Shown here: positions 63,151 to 64,000 of the stretch, piece after piece | Layout of the letters: each line of letters opens with the position of its first letter | Numbering within the stretch: position 1 is the stretch's first letter | NCBI GenBank assembly: GCA_013822395.1 | Contig: PNKK01000007.1 | Location: 3,104-67,103, forward strand | Length of the DNA: 64,000 nucleotides | Source: Anaerolinea sp. | GTDB taxonomy: Bacteria > Chloroflexota > Limnocylindria > Limnocylindrales > CSP1-4 | Direction of reading: 5' to 3' | The notes under the pieces: model-generated | What the model was told of the DNA's origin: nothing | The model's input: the letters and a program-made list of their open reading frames with translations, nothing else | Database searches by the model: none | Program-made: the position numbers and the translations under genes

Positions 63151-63453
63151 TCACGCGTCCCAGGCGGTCTCCTCATCGAGCTCCTCGAGGCGCTCGATGA
63201 GCTGTTCGATGCCGTCGTCGTCGGCGAGGATCGCGGTTGCCTCGGCGAGGTCTCCTCCGAACAGGCTCCGCAGCACCGGGTCGAAGAAGAGCATCGCATT
63301 CGCGCCGAGCGGCCGGTACGGCCGGCTCGCGTGGAGGAAATGGACTGCCGGCGCCGTCAATCCCCGGAGCTGGATCTCGCGGGCGACCTGCTCGACCATC
63401 TCCTCGCGCTGCTCATCCGTGGGCTCGAAGCCCGAACCACCAGGCTCGCTCAT
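63151..63453 (-). CDS. Hypothetical small acidic protein
   Basis: 100 aa. ATGA overlap with the macro-domain gene's stop. Good third-position bias. Acidic termini (EPTDEQREEMVEQ.. ..ERLEELDEETAWDA). No family recognised. Confidence 0.45.
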   Translation of the reverse strand: MSEPGGSGFEPTDEQREEMVEQVAREIQLRGLTAPAVHFLHASRPYRPLGANAMLFFDPVLRSLFGGDLAEATAILADDDGIEQLIERLEELDEETAWDA

Positions 63454-64000
63454 CCCTCGCCTCCCGCAGCCGGCCCCGATCGCCTCGTCGTGACGGCTCC
63501 CGGTGGCGTCGCGAGGGCCCGCTCGAACGCCCGGTACGCCGCCGGTCCGCGGAGCGCGAAGACCACGTGCTCGATGGCCTCGCTCCGCCCGAGCTCGTCA
63601 CGCACCACATCGACCGCGATCCGGGCCGCCTCGTCGAGGGGGAAGCCACCGACGCCCGTTCCAAGGGCCGGGAAGGCGATGCTCGTTGCACCGATCTCGC
63701 GAGCACGGGCCATCGCGCTTCGCACGGCGGCCTCGAGGACCGGGCCGGAGGTCCGGCGGTCGCGGTCGAGCGAGACCGCATGGATGACCGCCCTGGCGGC
63801 AAGGTTGCCGGGCTCGGTGACGACGGCGTCGCCGAGCCCGACGGGCCCCTGGCGGACCGCGGCGAGCTCGATCGCATCGCCGCCGGCGCGCTTCAACGCG
63901 CCACCGACCCCGGTCGACATCCAGAGCGTGGGGTTGGCGGGATTCACGATCGCGTCCACCTCGAGGACGCAGATGTCCCCGTTCCAAAGCTCAAGCCGCG
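63450..64000 (-). CDS. Macro-domain protein (ADP-ribose/O-acetyl-ADP-ribose hydrolase type); the 5' end lies beyond the window
   Basis: The reading frame stays open upstream of the track's GTG: ..RLELWNGDICVLEVDAIVNPANP.L....GVGGALKRAGG....AFPALGTGVGGFP are classic macro motifs. Confidence 0.8.
   Translation of the reverse strand, partial: RLELWNGDICVLEVDAIVNPANPTLWMSTGVGGALKRAGGDAIELAAVRQGPVGLGDAVVTEPGNLAARAVIHAVSLDRDRRTSGPVLEAAVRSAMARAREIGATSIAFPALGTGVGGFPLDEAARIAVDVVRDELGRSEAIEHVVFALRGPAAYRAFERALATPPGAVTTRRSGPAAGGEG

Overview
This is a very GC-rich bacterial chromosomal segment; third codon positions are almost always G/C. The gene style suggests an Actinomycetota-like or other high-GC Terrabacteria genome: GTG/TTG starts, serial 1-4 nt start/stop overlaps, LLM-class oxidoreductase, PucR regulators, DUF1918 and DUF4232. 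I cannot name the organism.

I can support about 60 protein genes. I found no rRNA, intact tRNA, CRISPR array, transposase or integrase. Many ORF-track entries are antisense shadows or are over-extended upstream. True starts were inferred from homology onset, RBS-like GGAGG motifs and overlap junctions.

**Blocks**
1. 636-10281: a PucR regulator, a YlbF/FdrA/YlbE plus carbamate kinase module (oxalurate/oxamate-type, ATP-yielding), a cysteine hydrolase, a permease and a GGCT-like protein.
2. 10856-14004: a flavodoxin-cupredoxin-CcdA operon and a pirin.
3. 14177-25635: one co-directional island on the minus strand. It carries nucleoside hydrolase, PucR, an agmatinase-family enzyme, a twice-occurring metallophosphoesterase + APC permease module, two SDRs and a NodB deacetylase.
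4. 25730-28331: a secreted GH25 muramidase and a DUF4232 lipoprotein.
5. 28415-34914: a xanthine-dehydrogenase-family enzyme (FAD subunit plus fused 2Fe2S-Moco subunit), an LLM oxidoreductase, an enamidase-like amidohydrolase and a DUF1185 'amino acid synthesis' protein.
6. 36186-38230: a MerR/TOBE regulator with modA and modB, but no modC.
7. 38669-47194: malic enzyme, PPDK, FNR and NfnAB-like genes.
8. 47202-60343: housekeeping genes glyQS, recO, polyprenyl synthase, CNNM, glmU, vapBC, ridA, ispE, rsmA, tsaD, rimI, tsaB and tsaE.
9. 60382-64000: two translationally coupled unknown proteins, a small acidic protein and a macro-domain protein.

**Best candidates for something undescribed**
- The PucR-headed island with the reiterated phosphoesterase+permease module.
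- The Mo-hydroxylase/LLM/enamidase/DUF1185 cluster.
- The idea that 0.6-35 kb is one distributed N-heterocycle/ureide catabolic super-locus lacking the canonical enzymes.
- A structured intergenic repeat family at two convergent gene junctions (40.45 kb and 50.77 kb), whose hairpin loop is flipped between copies.
- The unknown ASKHA-like protein and its partner, fused onto the t6A operon.

All family calls are by-eye motif recognition. No searches or computations were run.
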